NCBI RefSeq assembly: GCF_963921235.1
Contig: NC_086107.1
Location: 106,084,001 to 106,148,000 of the forward strand
Source of the DNA: Mobula hypostoma
Lineage: Eukaryota
Length of the DNA stretch: 64,000 bases
Reading direction: 5' to 3'
Shown here piece by piece: positions 25,626 to 37,399 of the stretch. The position numbers and the translations under genes are program-made. The notes beneath the pieces were generated by a model. The model had not been told where the DNA came from and ran no database searches. It was given only the letters and a program-made list of their open reading frames with translations. Positions within the stretch are counted from its first letter, which is position 1; each line of letters begins with the position of its first letter.

Positions 25626-26174
25626 ATTATTTTTGTTGTGTTTTTTATTGCATTCTTTATGCTTATTATGATTTTTTTAATGCTGCATCAGGTTCAGAGT
25701 AACAATAATTTTGTGCTCCTTTGCATTTGTGTACAGTGGAAGGGCAATAAACAATCTTGAATCTTAAATATTCAATGATTTAGCAAAAAGCTTCTTCCCT
25801 TCCAGCACTAGGTTTCTGAATGGCTCGGGAACACTGCTTGTTATTCCTCTTCTTTTGGCAGTATTTTTTTTTGTAATTGATAAATTTTTATCTCTTTATG
25901 TTGTGCTGCTGCTGCGAAACAACAGATTTTAAATCGTATACCAGTGATAAACTGCAGATTCTGATTCCCCACATAATTCCTTTGATATCGTAAAAAATTG
26001 TCCAAGTCCTCCTGTCTAATAAAAGGGTATCAGCTCGAAATCTCTTTCTGCTGAGTTTGGAGTTTCGAAGATTGAAAGGCTGCTTGATTAAAACAACCCT
26101 GAGGGATTTTGACAGGTTGGATGTACGGTGCTCCACTCCTTATCTAAAAATAAGGAACAGAGCACTGAAGATTA

Positions 26175-27215
26175 AAGAACTGGCTTTTCCTCCCTCTACT
26201 ATTGATGCTGCACTCACCAGCACCTTGTCCATTTCACGTACATCCCATCTTCCAACCACCTTGGTAGTGATAAGAGTCGCTCTTGTCCTTACCTAACCCT
26301 CCATGAGCCCCTATATCCAACACATTATCCTCCGCACCTTCTTCCATCTCTAAGAGGACCCTACCACTAAACATGTCTTTACCTCACCCCTCCCACTCTC
26401 TGCAGGAACTGTTCCCTCTGTGATTCCCTTGTCCCTTAGTCCCTCCCCACTAATCTACCTCCAGCCCCTTATCCCTGCCAGCAGCCTTAGTGCTACACCT
26501 GCCCAGACATACTCCTCCCTCACCTCCATTCAGGGCCCCAAATAGACCTTCCAGGTGAGGCAACACTTCACCCATGAATCCGCTGGGGTTGTCCACTGTG
26601 TCCGGTGCTCCCGATGCGGCCTCCTCCACATTGGTGAGATCCCGTCATAAATTGGAGGACTACTTTGTCAAACCCCTCAACACCATCCACCACAAATGGG
26701 GCTTCCCAGTGGTCGACCATTTTAATTCCCATTCCCATTCATGTCCCAATGTGTCAGTCCATGGCCTCTTCTTATGCCATGATGAGGTCACCCTCAGGGT
26801 GGAGGAGCAACACCTCATATTCCATCAGGGTAGCCTCCAACCTGATGCCATGAATATCGATTTCCCTTCCAGTGATCAAATTCCACCCCCTCCCCATTCC
26901 CCACTCTGACCTTCTTTTCGCATGCCTATCACTTCCCCCTGGGTCCCCTCCTCCTTCCCTTTCCCCTACAGTCCACTCTCCTCTCCTATCAGATTCCTTC
27001 TTCTCCAACCCTTGACCTTACCCACCCACCTGGCTTCACCTATCACCTTCCAGCTTGCCTCCTTCCCCTCCCCCTCACCTTTTTATTCTGGCATCTTCCC
27101 CCTTCCTTCTCAGTCCTGCAGAAGGATCTCGGCCTGAAACGTCAACCGTTTATTCTGTTCCATAGATGCTGCATTATCTGCAAACTTCCTCCAGAATTTT
27201 GTGGTGTTGCTTAAA
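26175..27215 (+). mobile_element. Decayed Penelope-like element (linker + GIY-YIG + terminal repeat)
   Basis: GIY-YIG remnant (HCVRCSRCGLLHIGE...RVEEQHLIFHQGSLQPDAMNIDF), a pyrimidine-rich repeat and a degenerate hammerhead at 27111-27148. Confidence 0.85.
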
Positions 27216-28019
27216 ATGAGATGATTTCTTTCCCCCTCTCTCTGAAAGTGTTATTGGACTTTGGACAACACATGCAAAATGCAGGAACTCCTGCAGGTCA
27301 GGCAACATCGATAGGGAGGGATAGGTAATTGCCATTTGGGGTTGAGAGACCTTATCAGGACTGGTAAGAAAGGGGGAAGGAACCAAAATAAGGAAAAGTA
27401 GGTGGTGGGGGGGGGGGAGTACACGCTGGCAGCTGATACGTGAGACCGAGTAAGGGGAAGGTGGTTGGGAGAGGGGAGTAAGAGGCTGGAAAGGGATAGA
27501 TGGAAGAGCAGAAAGTAGTCAACCGTGGAATAAAGGGGAGGAGGGAAAACCAGAGGAAGGTGATGGGCAGTTACGGGGAAGAGAACGGGTGAGAGGGGAA
27601 GCCAGAATGGGAAATGGGAAAAGAAGAGTTCACCAGGATGCTGCCTGGTTCAGAGGGCATGTTCAGTCATGAGAGGCTGGATAAATTGGGTTGTTTTCTC
27701 TGGAGTACCAGAGGCTGAGGGGAGAGGGTAGAAATGTCTAATACCAGAGGGCTTGCGTTGAAGGTGAGAAGGGTAGGTTCAAGGGAGATGTCAGGGGTAA
27801 GTTTTTCACTCAGAGAGTGGTGGATGCCTGGAATATGCTGCCTGGTATGGTGGTAGACGCAAAAACATTAGAGGCTGTAAGGAAGGTGGAGGGAAATGGG
27901 CATTATGTTGGAAAGAGGGATTAGTTTTTGGGTGTTTTTGATTTGTTTTCTTGCTGGTCCAGCACAATATTGTGGGCCGAATGGCCTGTTCCTGTGCTGT
28001 ACTGATCTATGTTCTTATG

Positions 28020-28310
28020 TAGCGGGAGGGAGAGAAATTACTTGAAGTTGGAGAAATCGATTTTTGTGCCTTCGGGTTCAGGGCTATCCAGGTGGAATGC
28101 GAGATGTTGCTTCTCCAATCTGAGTAAGGCCTCATCATGGCAGTAGAGGAGGCCATGGACAGACATGCCAGAATGGGAATGGGAAGTTGAATTGAAATGA
28201 GAGATCCTGCCTTTTGTGGACAGACCAAAGGTGCTCAACAAATCGATACTCCAATCTACTTTTGGGCTTACCAATGTAGAAGAAGTTACATCAGGAGCAC
28301 TGTATCTTGG
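28020..28310 (-). mobile_element. Penelope GIY-YIG fragment
   Basis: SHFNSTSHSHSGMSVHGLLYCHDEALLRLEKQHLAFHL. Confidence 0.8.
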
Positions 28311-29278
28311 AACTAGAAGAATCTTTTTGACTACTTTGAGGTAGAGCATTAACATGGAAGGAAGCCAAATGGTACTGGGAAAGGGCTGATCTGACTGCTA
28401 GCCAAAGCACAAGGGCCCAAGCGGCCTATTTCTTCCCCTAAAGAGTAGGAGTACTTCAAACATATTTTCCAGGTTCCGCAGTGTATGGGCATTGGTCTTG
28501 TGCTTTCAGACATTCATCTGAAATTTAGTATCAGGCAAAGCTTTCGAGATGCAGGAGGTCTGTGATGTACGACTGCCGTGCTGCGAAGTGGCAACACAGC
28601 AAGTTCAACGTGAAGGCACCCAAGGGAGTAATCAGAAAGATGGCAAGAGGATGTCACCCACTAAAGATTACATATAAAATATTAACACAAGCAAGCAGGA
28701 AGCTAGAGCAGACCGCCAAAGTGGGAAAAATTATAACAAGAGGGCTATCATTGAAATACAAAATATACTAAATTAAAAATCCAATACATGGAAGAAAATC
28801 TATTTCGTGCCAGAAATGCGGGAAAAAAAAATTCACTTCAGCACAGCTGTGGCCTGGGACACAGAACGAGTGACAAGGAGACAGACAGGAGAGTATTGTG
28901 CTCATGGTGACGGATTTATAACCAGGAGATTCATTTGTTCAGAAAGGAATATTGTGCTGATGTAGGGCTGTGGCTGAGGGCGAGGGACAGAGGGACGAGT
29001 AAAAGATAAATGCACGTCAGGGAGGAACTGACAGCTAGATGCAGTGCATCAACATCTGTCAGTTCTGTAAACGGGAAGCTGAAGGACATGCAGGTTCCCC
29101 GACTCCTCATTTCATCTACGGAAAGATTAATAGTCACCATGAGGAAGGATATCTGTGCTGCCGTAAAGACTTGCATGTATTGCTCTTTCCTAGTTCCATC
29201 TGAGTCCAGAGGCTTGCCAGATCAACTTACGGGCTGCTTAAAGAGTCGACTATCTCTGGTCCAAATCCCAGCTGCAAA

Positions 29279-30445
29279 GTAGTAGTAGTCATACTTTATT
29301 GATCCCGGGGGAAATTGGTTTTCGTTACAGTTGCACCATAAATAATAAATAGTAATAAAACCATAAATAGTTAAATAGTAATATGTAAATTATGCCAGTA
29401 AATTATGAAATAAGTCCAGGACCAGCTTATTGGCTCAGGGTGTCTGACCCTCCAAGGGAGGAGTTGTAAAGTTTGATGGCCACAGGCAGGAATGACTTCC
29501 TATGACGCTCTGTGCTGCATCTCGGTGGAATGAGTCTCTGGCTGAATGTACTCCTGTGCCCAACCAGTACATTATGTAGTGGATGGGAGACATTGTCCAA
29601 GATGGCATGCAACTTGGACAGCATCCTCTTCAGACACCACCGTCAGAGAGTCCAGTTCCATCCCCACAACATCACTGGCCTTACGAATGAGTTTGTTGAT
29701 TCTGTTGGTGTCTGCTACCCTCAGCCTGCTGCCCCAGCACACAACAGCGAACATGATAGCACTGGCCACCACAGACTCGTAGAACATCCTCAGCATCGTC
29801 CGGCAGATGTTAAAGGACTTCAGTCTCCTCATGAAATAGAGACGGCTCTGACCCTTCTTGTAGACAGCCTCAGTGTTCTTTGACCAGTCCAGTTTATTGT
29901 CAATTCGTATCCCCAGGTATTTGTAATCCTCCACCATGTCCACACTGAGCCCCTGGATGGAAACAGGGGTTACTGGTACCTTAGCTCTCCTCAGGTCTAC
30001 CACCAGCTCCTTAGTCTTTTTCACATTAAGCTGCAGATAATTCTGCTCACACCATGTGACAAAGTTTCCTACCGTAGCCCTGTACTCAGCCTCATCTCCC
30101 TTGCTGATGCATCCAACTATGGCAGAGTCATCAGTAAACTTCTGAAGATGACAAGACTCTGTGCAGTAGTTGAAGTCCGAGGTGTAAATGGCGAAGAGAA
30201 AGGGAGACAAGACAGTCCCCTGTGGAGCCCCAGTGCTGCTGATCACTCTGTCGGACACACAGTGTTGCAAGCACACGTACTGTGGTCTGCCAGTCAGGTA
30301 ATCAAGAATCCATGACACCAGGAAAGCATCCACCTGCATCGCTGTCAGCTTCTCCCCCAGCAGAGCAGGGCAGATGGTGTTGAACGCACCGGAGAAGTCA
30401 AAAAACATGACCCTCACAGTGCTCGCTGGCTTGTCCAGGTGGGCG
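29279..30445 (-). mobile_element. Rex1/Babar LINE, 5'-truncated, with a nearly intact RT C-terminal half
   Basis: Motifs VRVMFFDFSGAFNTI, GAPQGTVLSPFLF, KFTDDSAIVG and YKYLG. AATAAA plus a (TAC)n tail at 29279-29300. Confidence 0.95.
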
Positions 30446-30539
30446 GATTGTAAAAGGAGGAGGATTGGGCATAGGGCTCGCAATCCCATTCTGGGAAAAT
30501 CCTGAGCTACCAAAATACCAACAGAAGCACCAAAGACCT

Positions 30540-30678
30540 CATCCATGGGAAAGGAAGGATCTTCGGAAAGATGGGCTGCACCTGGGGACAACTTGAAAGA
30601 CTGGCCCAGGACAGAGGATTCTGGCCAGCTGCTGTTGGCAGCCTATGCCCAAGTAAGGGTGATGGGCTAAGTAAATAA
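30540..30678 (+). mobile_element. 3' tip of a second RTE family
   Basis: Reads (K)MGCTWGQLERLAQDRGFWPAAVGSLCPSKGDG followed by a TAAG/TAAA tail, typical of RTE C-termini. Confidence 0.65.
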
Positions 30679-30779
30679 GTTCGAGAGTGAATGGCATTGG
30701 TGGGTTCTAAAGTCATCTTGTCTTGAAGTGCAGCCTCTGTGCTATCTTACCTACTACAAAGCTGATGACAGAATCAAAA

Positions 30780-31037
30780 ACAAGAGAACATCTGCAGATG
30801 CTGGAGATCCAGAGCAACGCACACAAAATGGTGGAGGAGATCAGCAGGCCAGGCAGCATCCATGGAAAAGATTTCAGTCAACATTTTGGGCCAAGGCCCT
30901 TCATCAGGACTGGAGAAAAAGTTAGAACGTCTTTCTAACTCTGGCTCCTCGCCATTTTCTCCAGTCCTGATGAAGGGTCTTGACCCAAAATGTCAACTGA
31001 AATCTTTTCCATAGATGCTGCCTGGCCTGCTGAGTTC
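30780..31037. mobile_element. Inverted pair of Penelope terminal repeats
   Basis: Minus copy ~30780-30920 and plus copy ~30955-31037, each with a degenerate CTGATGA...AAAA hammerhead motif. Confidence 0.85.
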
Positions 31038-31628
31038 CTCCAGCATTTTGTGTGTGTTAACAGAATCAGAATCAGGTTTAATATCACCGGCATATGTGGT
31101 GAAATTTGTTGTTATGCAGCAATACAATGCAATACATAACAGTAAAAACTGTAAATTACTGTAAGAATTATTTATATGCATGTTAAATAAAATAAGTCGT
31201 GCAAAAAAGTAGTGAGGTAGTGTTTATGGGTTCCATGTCCTTTCAGAAATCGGATGGCAGAGGGGAAGAAGCTGTTCCTGAATTGTTGAAATTGTGACTT
31301 CAGCCTCCTGTACCTCCTCTCAGATGGTAGCAATGCAGAGAGGGCATGTCTTTGATGTCAAGATGGAGGTCCTTAATGATGGATGGCTCCTTTTTGCGGC
31401 CTCGAATCTTGAAGATGTCCTGGTTGCTGAGGAGACCATTGCCCATGATGGAGCTGAATGAACTTAACAACTTTCTGCAGCTTATTTCAATCCTGTGCAA
31501 TGGCCACCCCCCCACCCCCCATACGCGGCCGGTTAGACTGCTCCCACGATGTGTGCATGTTAGTCATGTTTCTTTATTTTCTACTCAGATATGAATTTAT
31601 TTGTATTTTGGTGGCCATTTTGATTATG

Positions 31629-32315
31629 AAGATGAGAAGATGGCGGTGCGACGCAGCGCGCAGCGGCCACTCCGGAATGAATATCTGTTATTTGTCAAGT
31701 AGGGTGCCGTGCACAATCCTGATTTGATGGAGGCAGACATGAGAAGCACGAAGGAACATCTGGTGAAACTTCTGGAATGCCTGTTTCGTTGCCGCTGTTA
31801 CTGTGTGATCAGGAATCTCCGGAGGGGAAGGCCCCGAGTCCTCGGCTTTGCCTGTTGCTTGGCGGCCGGGGCCGGGGTCAAAGTGCTCGGCAGAGATGGT
31901 GCTCGGTGCTCGGTGTTCGGTGTTGGAGGGCTGGTCGGAGCCTCGAAGTTTTCAGAGGGACTCAGAGTCGGACTGTGGTTGGGTGCTTCCAGGGTGCTGC
32001 ATCGGCAAGTTTTTTAGCACTGGAGATTCATGGCAGGGAGAGCTTTTCTTCCTTCTACCGTCTGCGTGAGATGCTGGGGTTATCGGGACTTTGAGACTTA
32101 TTTTTTACCATGCCCATGGTCTGCTCTTATCAAATTACGGTATTGCTTTGCACTGTTGTAACTATATGTTATAATTATGTGGTTTTTGTCAGTTTTAGTC
32201 TTGGTCTGTCTTGTGTTTCTGTGATAGCATACTGGAGGAACATTGTATCATTTTTAATGCATGCATTACTAAATGACAATAAACGAGGACTGAGTGTCCT
32301 CATAATCTAATCTAA
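31629..32315 (+). mobile_element. ~670 bp non-autonomous non-LTR element, copy 2
   Basis: Starts AAGATGGCGG and ends AATAAACGAGGACTGAGTGTCCTCATA(ATCTA)n. Confidence 0.85.
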
Positions 32316-32585
32316 TTTATCCACATCTGGAATCTCCATCATCTGCCTATTGGATAATTACTTGGACAGCATTTTCTGAAAGGAGACACAGTTGACTTAA
32401 ATATAAAAAGGCCTGAAGAGAGTGGATGTGGAGAGAATGTTAGTAGGGGAATCTAGGATCCAGGAGCACAGCCTGAGAATAAAAGGCCATCCCTATAGAA
32501 CTGAGATGAGGAGAAATTTCTTCAGCCATTAGAATCCGTTGCCACGGAAACCTGTCATTGGGTATAATACAGGCAAAGATTAATG

Positions 32586-32665
32586 CAGGAGTTCCCAAAC
32601 TCTTTTGTACCACAGACCAATACCATTAAGCAAAGAGTTAATGGACCCCAGGCTGGGAATCTCTG
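32586..32665. mobile_element. ~80 bp hAT-type MITE; relatives at 54216-54295 and a partial copy at 61090-61130
   Basis: TIRs CAGGAGTTCCCAA...TGGGAATCTCTG. Flanks GATTAATG/GATAAATA (6 of 8 match). Confidence 0.65.
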
Positions 32666-33389
32666 GATAAATAGGTTCTTGATTGGTAAGGGGAAATAAT
32701 GGAGTTGGACCCCAAAAAAAAAAATCAATGATTGAATGGTAGAACAAACTCAATGGGCTGAATGGCCTGATTCTGCTCCTATATCTTACGACTTTGTGGC
32801 AAAGTATTGTGGACTGCAGTTTGTTGTGAAGCATATGTGCCAAGGTGGTGCATTCAAACAGAGTTGCTACAACACAGTCCCAGACACCCAGTTTCAATCC
32901 TGACCTCCGGCACTGCCAGCAGATCATCAGACACATCTAAGATAGATAAATAGTTGAAAGATATAGGAATTAAAGGTTATGGGGAACTATGATGCTGGCA
33001 TAGATTACTCACGATCATATTGATTGGCAGGGCAGGTTGGAAGGGCGGAGTGGCCTATTCCCGCTCCGATTGTCATATGGCCTTGTTCTGCTGTCTGTGT
33101 GGAGTTTGCAAACTCTCCCTATGGCCACAAGGCTTTCCTCTGGATGTTCCAGTTTCCTCCAATGTCCCAAAGAATTCTAGGTTGGTTAGTTGCCCACTAT
33201 AACTTGCTCCTAGTGTGGGTGAGTGGTAAAATCTGGGCTGTTGATGGGATTGGTGTAAACGGGTCCCCAGTGGTCAGTACAGACTGGATGGGCCGAAGGG
33301 CCTGTTATTGTATGACTGTAATTCACAGGTGGAATAAGACTCCTACAATTAAAAACAGAAAGATGCAGAAAATATTTCACTTTCCTAAG

Positions 33390-33940
33390 CAACAGCTATG
33401 TAAGACCTTGCTCAGACCCCTCTTGAACTACTGTGTTCAGTTCTGGTCACCTCACCACAAGAAGGATGTGGATACTATAGAGAGAGTGCAGAGGAGATTT
33501 ACAGGGATGTTGTCTGGATTGGGGACCATGCCTCATGAGAATAGGTTGAGTGAACTTGGCCTTTTCTCCTTGGAGTGACAGAGGATGAGAGGTGACCTGA
33601 TAGAGGTATATAAGATGATGAGAGGCATTGATCATGTGGATAGCCAGAGGCTTTTTTCTCAGGCCTGAAATGGTTAACAGGAGGGGGCATAGTTTTATGG
33701 TGCTTGGAAGAGGGTACAGAGGGAATGTCAGAGGTAAGTTTTTCACACAGAGAGTGGTGAGTGCGTGGAATGCATCACTGGCAACGGTGGTGGAAACGGA
33801 TACAACACGGTTTTTTAAGAGACTCTCAGAAAGGTACATGAGCTTAGAAAAATAGAGGGCTATGCAGTAGGGAAATTCTAGGCAGTTTCTAGAGTAGGTT
33901 ACATGGTTGGCACAACATTGTGGGCCGAAGGGCCTGTAAT
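33390..33940 (+). mobile_element. CR1 3' fragment
   Basis: LCKTLLRPLLNYCVQFWSPHHKKDVDTIERVQRRFTGML...FFTQRVV. Confidence 0.88.
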
Positions 33941-33954
33941 ATACTATAGATATG

Positions 33955-34425
33955 TTCAACACACACAAAATGCTGGAGGAACTCAGCAGGTCAGGCAGCA
34001 TCTATGGAGGGGAATAAACAGTCGAAGTTTCGGCCTGAGACCCTTCTTCAGGACTGGAAAGGAAGGGGGAGGAAGACAGAATAAGAAGATGAGGGAAGGG
34101 GGAGATGAAGGAATATAAACTGGCCGCTGATAGGTAGGCCCAGCTGAGGGGGAGGTGGGTGGTAGGGGAGAGCAGATGAACTCAGAAAAGGGGGGGTGAT
34201 AGGTGGAGAGCTGGAAAAGAAGGATTCTCATAGGGAAAAAGAGGAGTCCAAGGGAGAAAGGGAAGGAGGAGGGGCACCAGAGGGAGATGATGGACAGATG
34301 GGAAGAGAAGGAGTAGGAGGCGAGCCAGAATGGAGAATGGAAAAAGAGGGGCGGGAGGGAGGTTAGAGAAATCAATGTTGATGCCATCAGGTTGGAGGCT
34401 ACCCAGATGTGTTGCTCCTCCAACC
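33955..34425 (-). mobile_element. Penelope 3' end and terminal repeat
   Basis: HLGSLQPDGINIDFSNL followed by the repeat with a hammerhead motif. Confidence 0.8.
34019..34056 (-). ncRNA. Minimal hammerhead ribozyme motif with intact core boxes
   Basis: Minus strand reads CAGTC-CTGAAGA-AGGGTCTCAGGCC-GAAA-CTTC-GACTG. Confidence 0.55.
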
Positions 34426-35459
34426 AGCAAAATCTCTTGTGTCTACATTTCTTTCCCTGATTCTATTGCGCAAAACAACTCCCAGAGAAAGTCAACCGGA
34501 ACAGAACTGGTTAAAATCCAGTGGCAGGATTCTATGGTGCAGAACGATACCCAGTGAAAGTAAACTGGAACAGGGATGGTTAAAATGCAGTGGCAGAATT
34601 AATGTGCTCCTTTCAGTGTTGACTTTTTTCCTTTGCAGATCTGCCGGCAGGAGGAGAGCTGGAGCCATACATTTTTAATGATGTGTATAAGAGTCTAATT
34701 CAATGAAGCATATTAAAGATTCAGGCAGGGATAGGTACCATTTGATTAAGGCCCTCTTCTCCAACAGTGAAGGGGATCATCTGGGACCTAAGTGCATTAA
34801 ATTGGAACAAAAATCTTAGCTCCAAGTGAATCAGCTTATCCCTACAAATATTTTTCTAAAGTCACTTTCTGAGACATTTCCCGTCATGCTAAAAGTCACT
34901 ATCCATTCCTGGTACTCCCAGGGTGGTATAATAGTGTAGTGGTTAGTGTAACACCATTACAGATAGGAACATCTTCTTCCTCACTACTTTTTTATTTCTA
35001 TTTTTGCACTATTTTTGTCCAAGACCTCTTTCGGAGTCGATGCCTCCAGAAGACACGGTACATCATTAAAGACCCCTCACACCCTCTCCATGAACTGTTT
35101 GTTCTTCTGCCATCAGGCAAACGTTACAGGAGCATCAAAACTAAAACCACAAGGCTACTAAACAGCTTCCTCCCACAGGCAGTCAGACTGCTAAATAGCT
35201 GCTCTACCTGACTCTGCTTTGGACACTTTTAACTTGCACTGGACACTTATAACTGATTTAACTGACATGTGGCTGTTGTGTTTTACTATTTATTGTTATG
35301 TTTATTATTTAGTGTTGCGTTTGTTATGTTATGATTGCACTGCTCCTGAGAAACGCTGCCTCATTCTGCACTGCAGAGCTGATGTATGGTTAGAATGACA
35401 ATAAAGTTTTTTTGAAACTTTTGAATCTTTGAATCTTTTATTTAATTTAACTACAAACG

Positions 35460-35463
<4 letters not shown>

Positions 35464-35512
<49 letters not shown>
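35464..35512. repeat. (TA)n(GA)n compound microsatellite
   Basis: Direct dinucleotide runs. Confidence 0.95.
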
Positions 35513-35812
35513 TTAAATTTTATATATTTTAACTATTATATACATATATATATATTTACCATAGTTCTCACTTTTTTCTCTATTATTATGTATTGCATTG
35601 AACTGCTGCCGCTAAAGTCAACAAATTTCATGACACATGCTGGTGATATTAAACCTGATTCAGATTCTGATTGGGGTTCAATTCATTTTGTTGTCTGTGA
35701 GGGGTTTGTATGTTCTCTCCATGACCGCGTGGTTATCCTCCGGGTACTCAGGTTTCCTCCCAGATACCAAAGATGCACGGTAAGGGTTTGGAAGTTATCG
35801 GCATGCTATGTT

Positions 35813-36259
35813 CAGGGGTGCAGTGCTAGCTGGAGCACACTGGAGCGCGTCCGGCACATCTTTAAGAAAAAAGCCGAAATAAACAAGCTAATTAATTAGG
35901 TGCCGCCCAGGGTGATTTGATTATCTCAGAAACTGCTGATCTCCTGGGGTTTTTACACACAACAGACTCTGGAGTTTATAAAGAATGAACAAATGAACAG
36001 AACAAATAAACATCCAGCGAGTGGATTTAACAAGATGTTTTCTCTCACAGAACATCCACTCGCTGGATTTTTTTTGTTTTTGGCACCATTCTTTGTAAAC
36101 TCCAGAGTCTGTTGTGCGTAAAAATCCCAGGAGATCAGCAGTTTCTGAGATACTCAAATCACCCTGGGCGGCACCTAATTAATTAGCTTGTTTATTTCGG
36201 CTTTTTTTTAAGAGGTGCCAAACGCGCTCCGGTGTGCTCCGGCTAGCACTGCACCTCTG
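35813..36259. mobile_element. Foldback element with hAT-type ends and an inverted-duplicated Tc1 transposase fragment
   Basis: Ends CAGGGGTGCAGTGCTAGC...GCTAGCACTGCACCTCTG. 8 bp TSD GCTATGTT/GCTGTGTT at 35805-35812 and 36260-36267. The arms encode SISETADLLGFLRTTDSGVYKEW. Confidence 0.85.
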
Positions 36260-36529
36260 GCTGTGTTGGCACCAGAAGCACGGGGCCACTTACAGCCTGT
36301 CCCCAGCACAACCCCCACTGACCTGATTTGACACAATTGATGCACTTCACTTGTACGTGGCAATGTGCATGTGACAAGTAAAACTAATCTTACCTCCTGC
36401 GGAAAAGTACGAGTTGCCTTCTTGAGCCGCTGCAGTCTGTGTGGCGTAGTTGCCCCTACAACGCTAGAGGGTGCAGAGTTCCAGAACTTTGACGCAAGAC
36501 TGATGAAGGAACTGTGATATCTTTCAGGG

Positions 36530-36850
36530 TGTGGGCACGTGGCCAAGTGGGTAAGACATTCGACTAGCTGCCTGAAGGTCGTGAGTTCGAGCCCCAGCCG
36601 AGGGAACGTGTTGTGTCCTTGAGCAAGGCACTTAATCACACAGTGCTCTGCGACGACACTGGTGCCAAGCTGTATGGGTCCTAATGCCCTTCCCTTGGCC
36701 AACATTGGTGTTGTGGAGAGGGGAGACTTGCAGCATGGGCAACTGCTGGTCTTCCATACAACCTTGCCCAGGGCTGTGCCCTGGAGAGTGAAGACTTTCC
36801 AGGCGCAGATCCATGGTCTCGCAAGACTAACGGATGCCTTTGACTTGATT
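36530..36850 (+). mobile_element. tRNA-head bipartite RTE SINE, family A, copy 2
   Basis: 15 bp TSD TGATATCTTTCAGGG at 36515-36529 and 36851-36865. A-box TGGCCAAGTGG, B-box GAGTTCGAGCC. Confidence 0.92.
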
Positions 36851-36945
36851 TGATATCTTTCAGGGCAGGGCAGTTGTGTGATTTGAAGGGTAACCAGCAG
36901 GTGATGATGTTGCTAAGTGTTTACCACTCTTGTTGCAACTGGCTG

Positions 36946-37399
36946 TGTAGGGTTGTGGTAAACCATATATATATGTTGTAACTGGGTTACCTGTCTGGAC
37001 ACGGCCCTCTGCTGACTGCTCCTGTGGCTCCTCCCACAGACCCCTGAATAAAGGCGATTGTGCCACTGCTCCTCCCTCAGTCCAGGACAGATACTCAGCA
37101 TGGACGTTGGCCCATTTACTGCTAATAAAAGCCTTTCAGTATTTACTCTACTTCCAGTCTTTTGGAGTAATTGATAGCGCATCAAGGGTAACGTAATTGG
37201 TGGAAACATACATATTCACAACACTGACATGGAGTTGCTTTTCACTTTAAGAGGCTGGTCTGAGATGATGACGTAATTATTTAAAGTTCTGTTACCACGC
37301 CTCGTGTTCAGTTTTTCAGGTACAATAGAGAAGTCGTTACATTTTTGTAAACATAAGACACCTCGCATTGTTTTATTTGCAAAAATCTACATTGGCGAC
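36946..37399 (+). mobile_element. Outer LTR (36946-36953 + 37190-37391) followed by a PBS-like sequence
   Basis: Inverted termini TGTAG...CTACA once the inner LTR is removed. TGGCGAC at 37393-37399. Confidence 0.65.
36954..37184 (+). mobile_element. Solo LTR (231 bp) nested in another LTR
   Basis: TG...CA ends, AATAAA, and a perfect 5 bp TSD AGGGT at 36949-36953 and 37185-37189. Confidence 0.85.

Noticed and set aside
29572..30591. 339 aa ORF as a host gene or novel RT fusion
   Set aside because: It is a Rex1 RT fragment. Its N-terminus is chance read-through into the antisense strand of an adjacent RTE tip.
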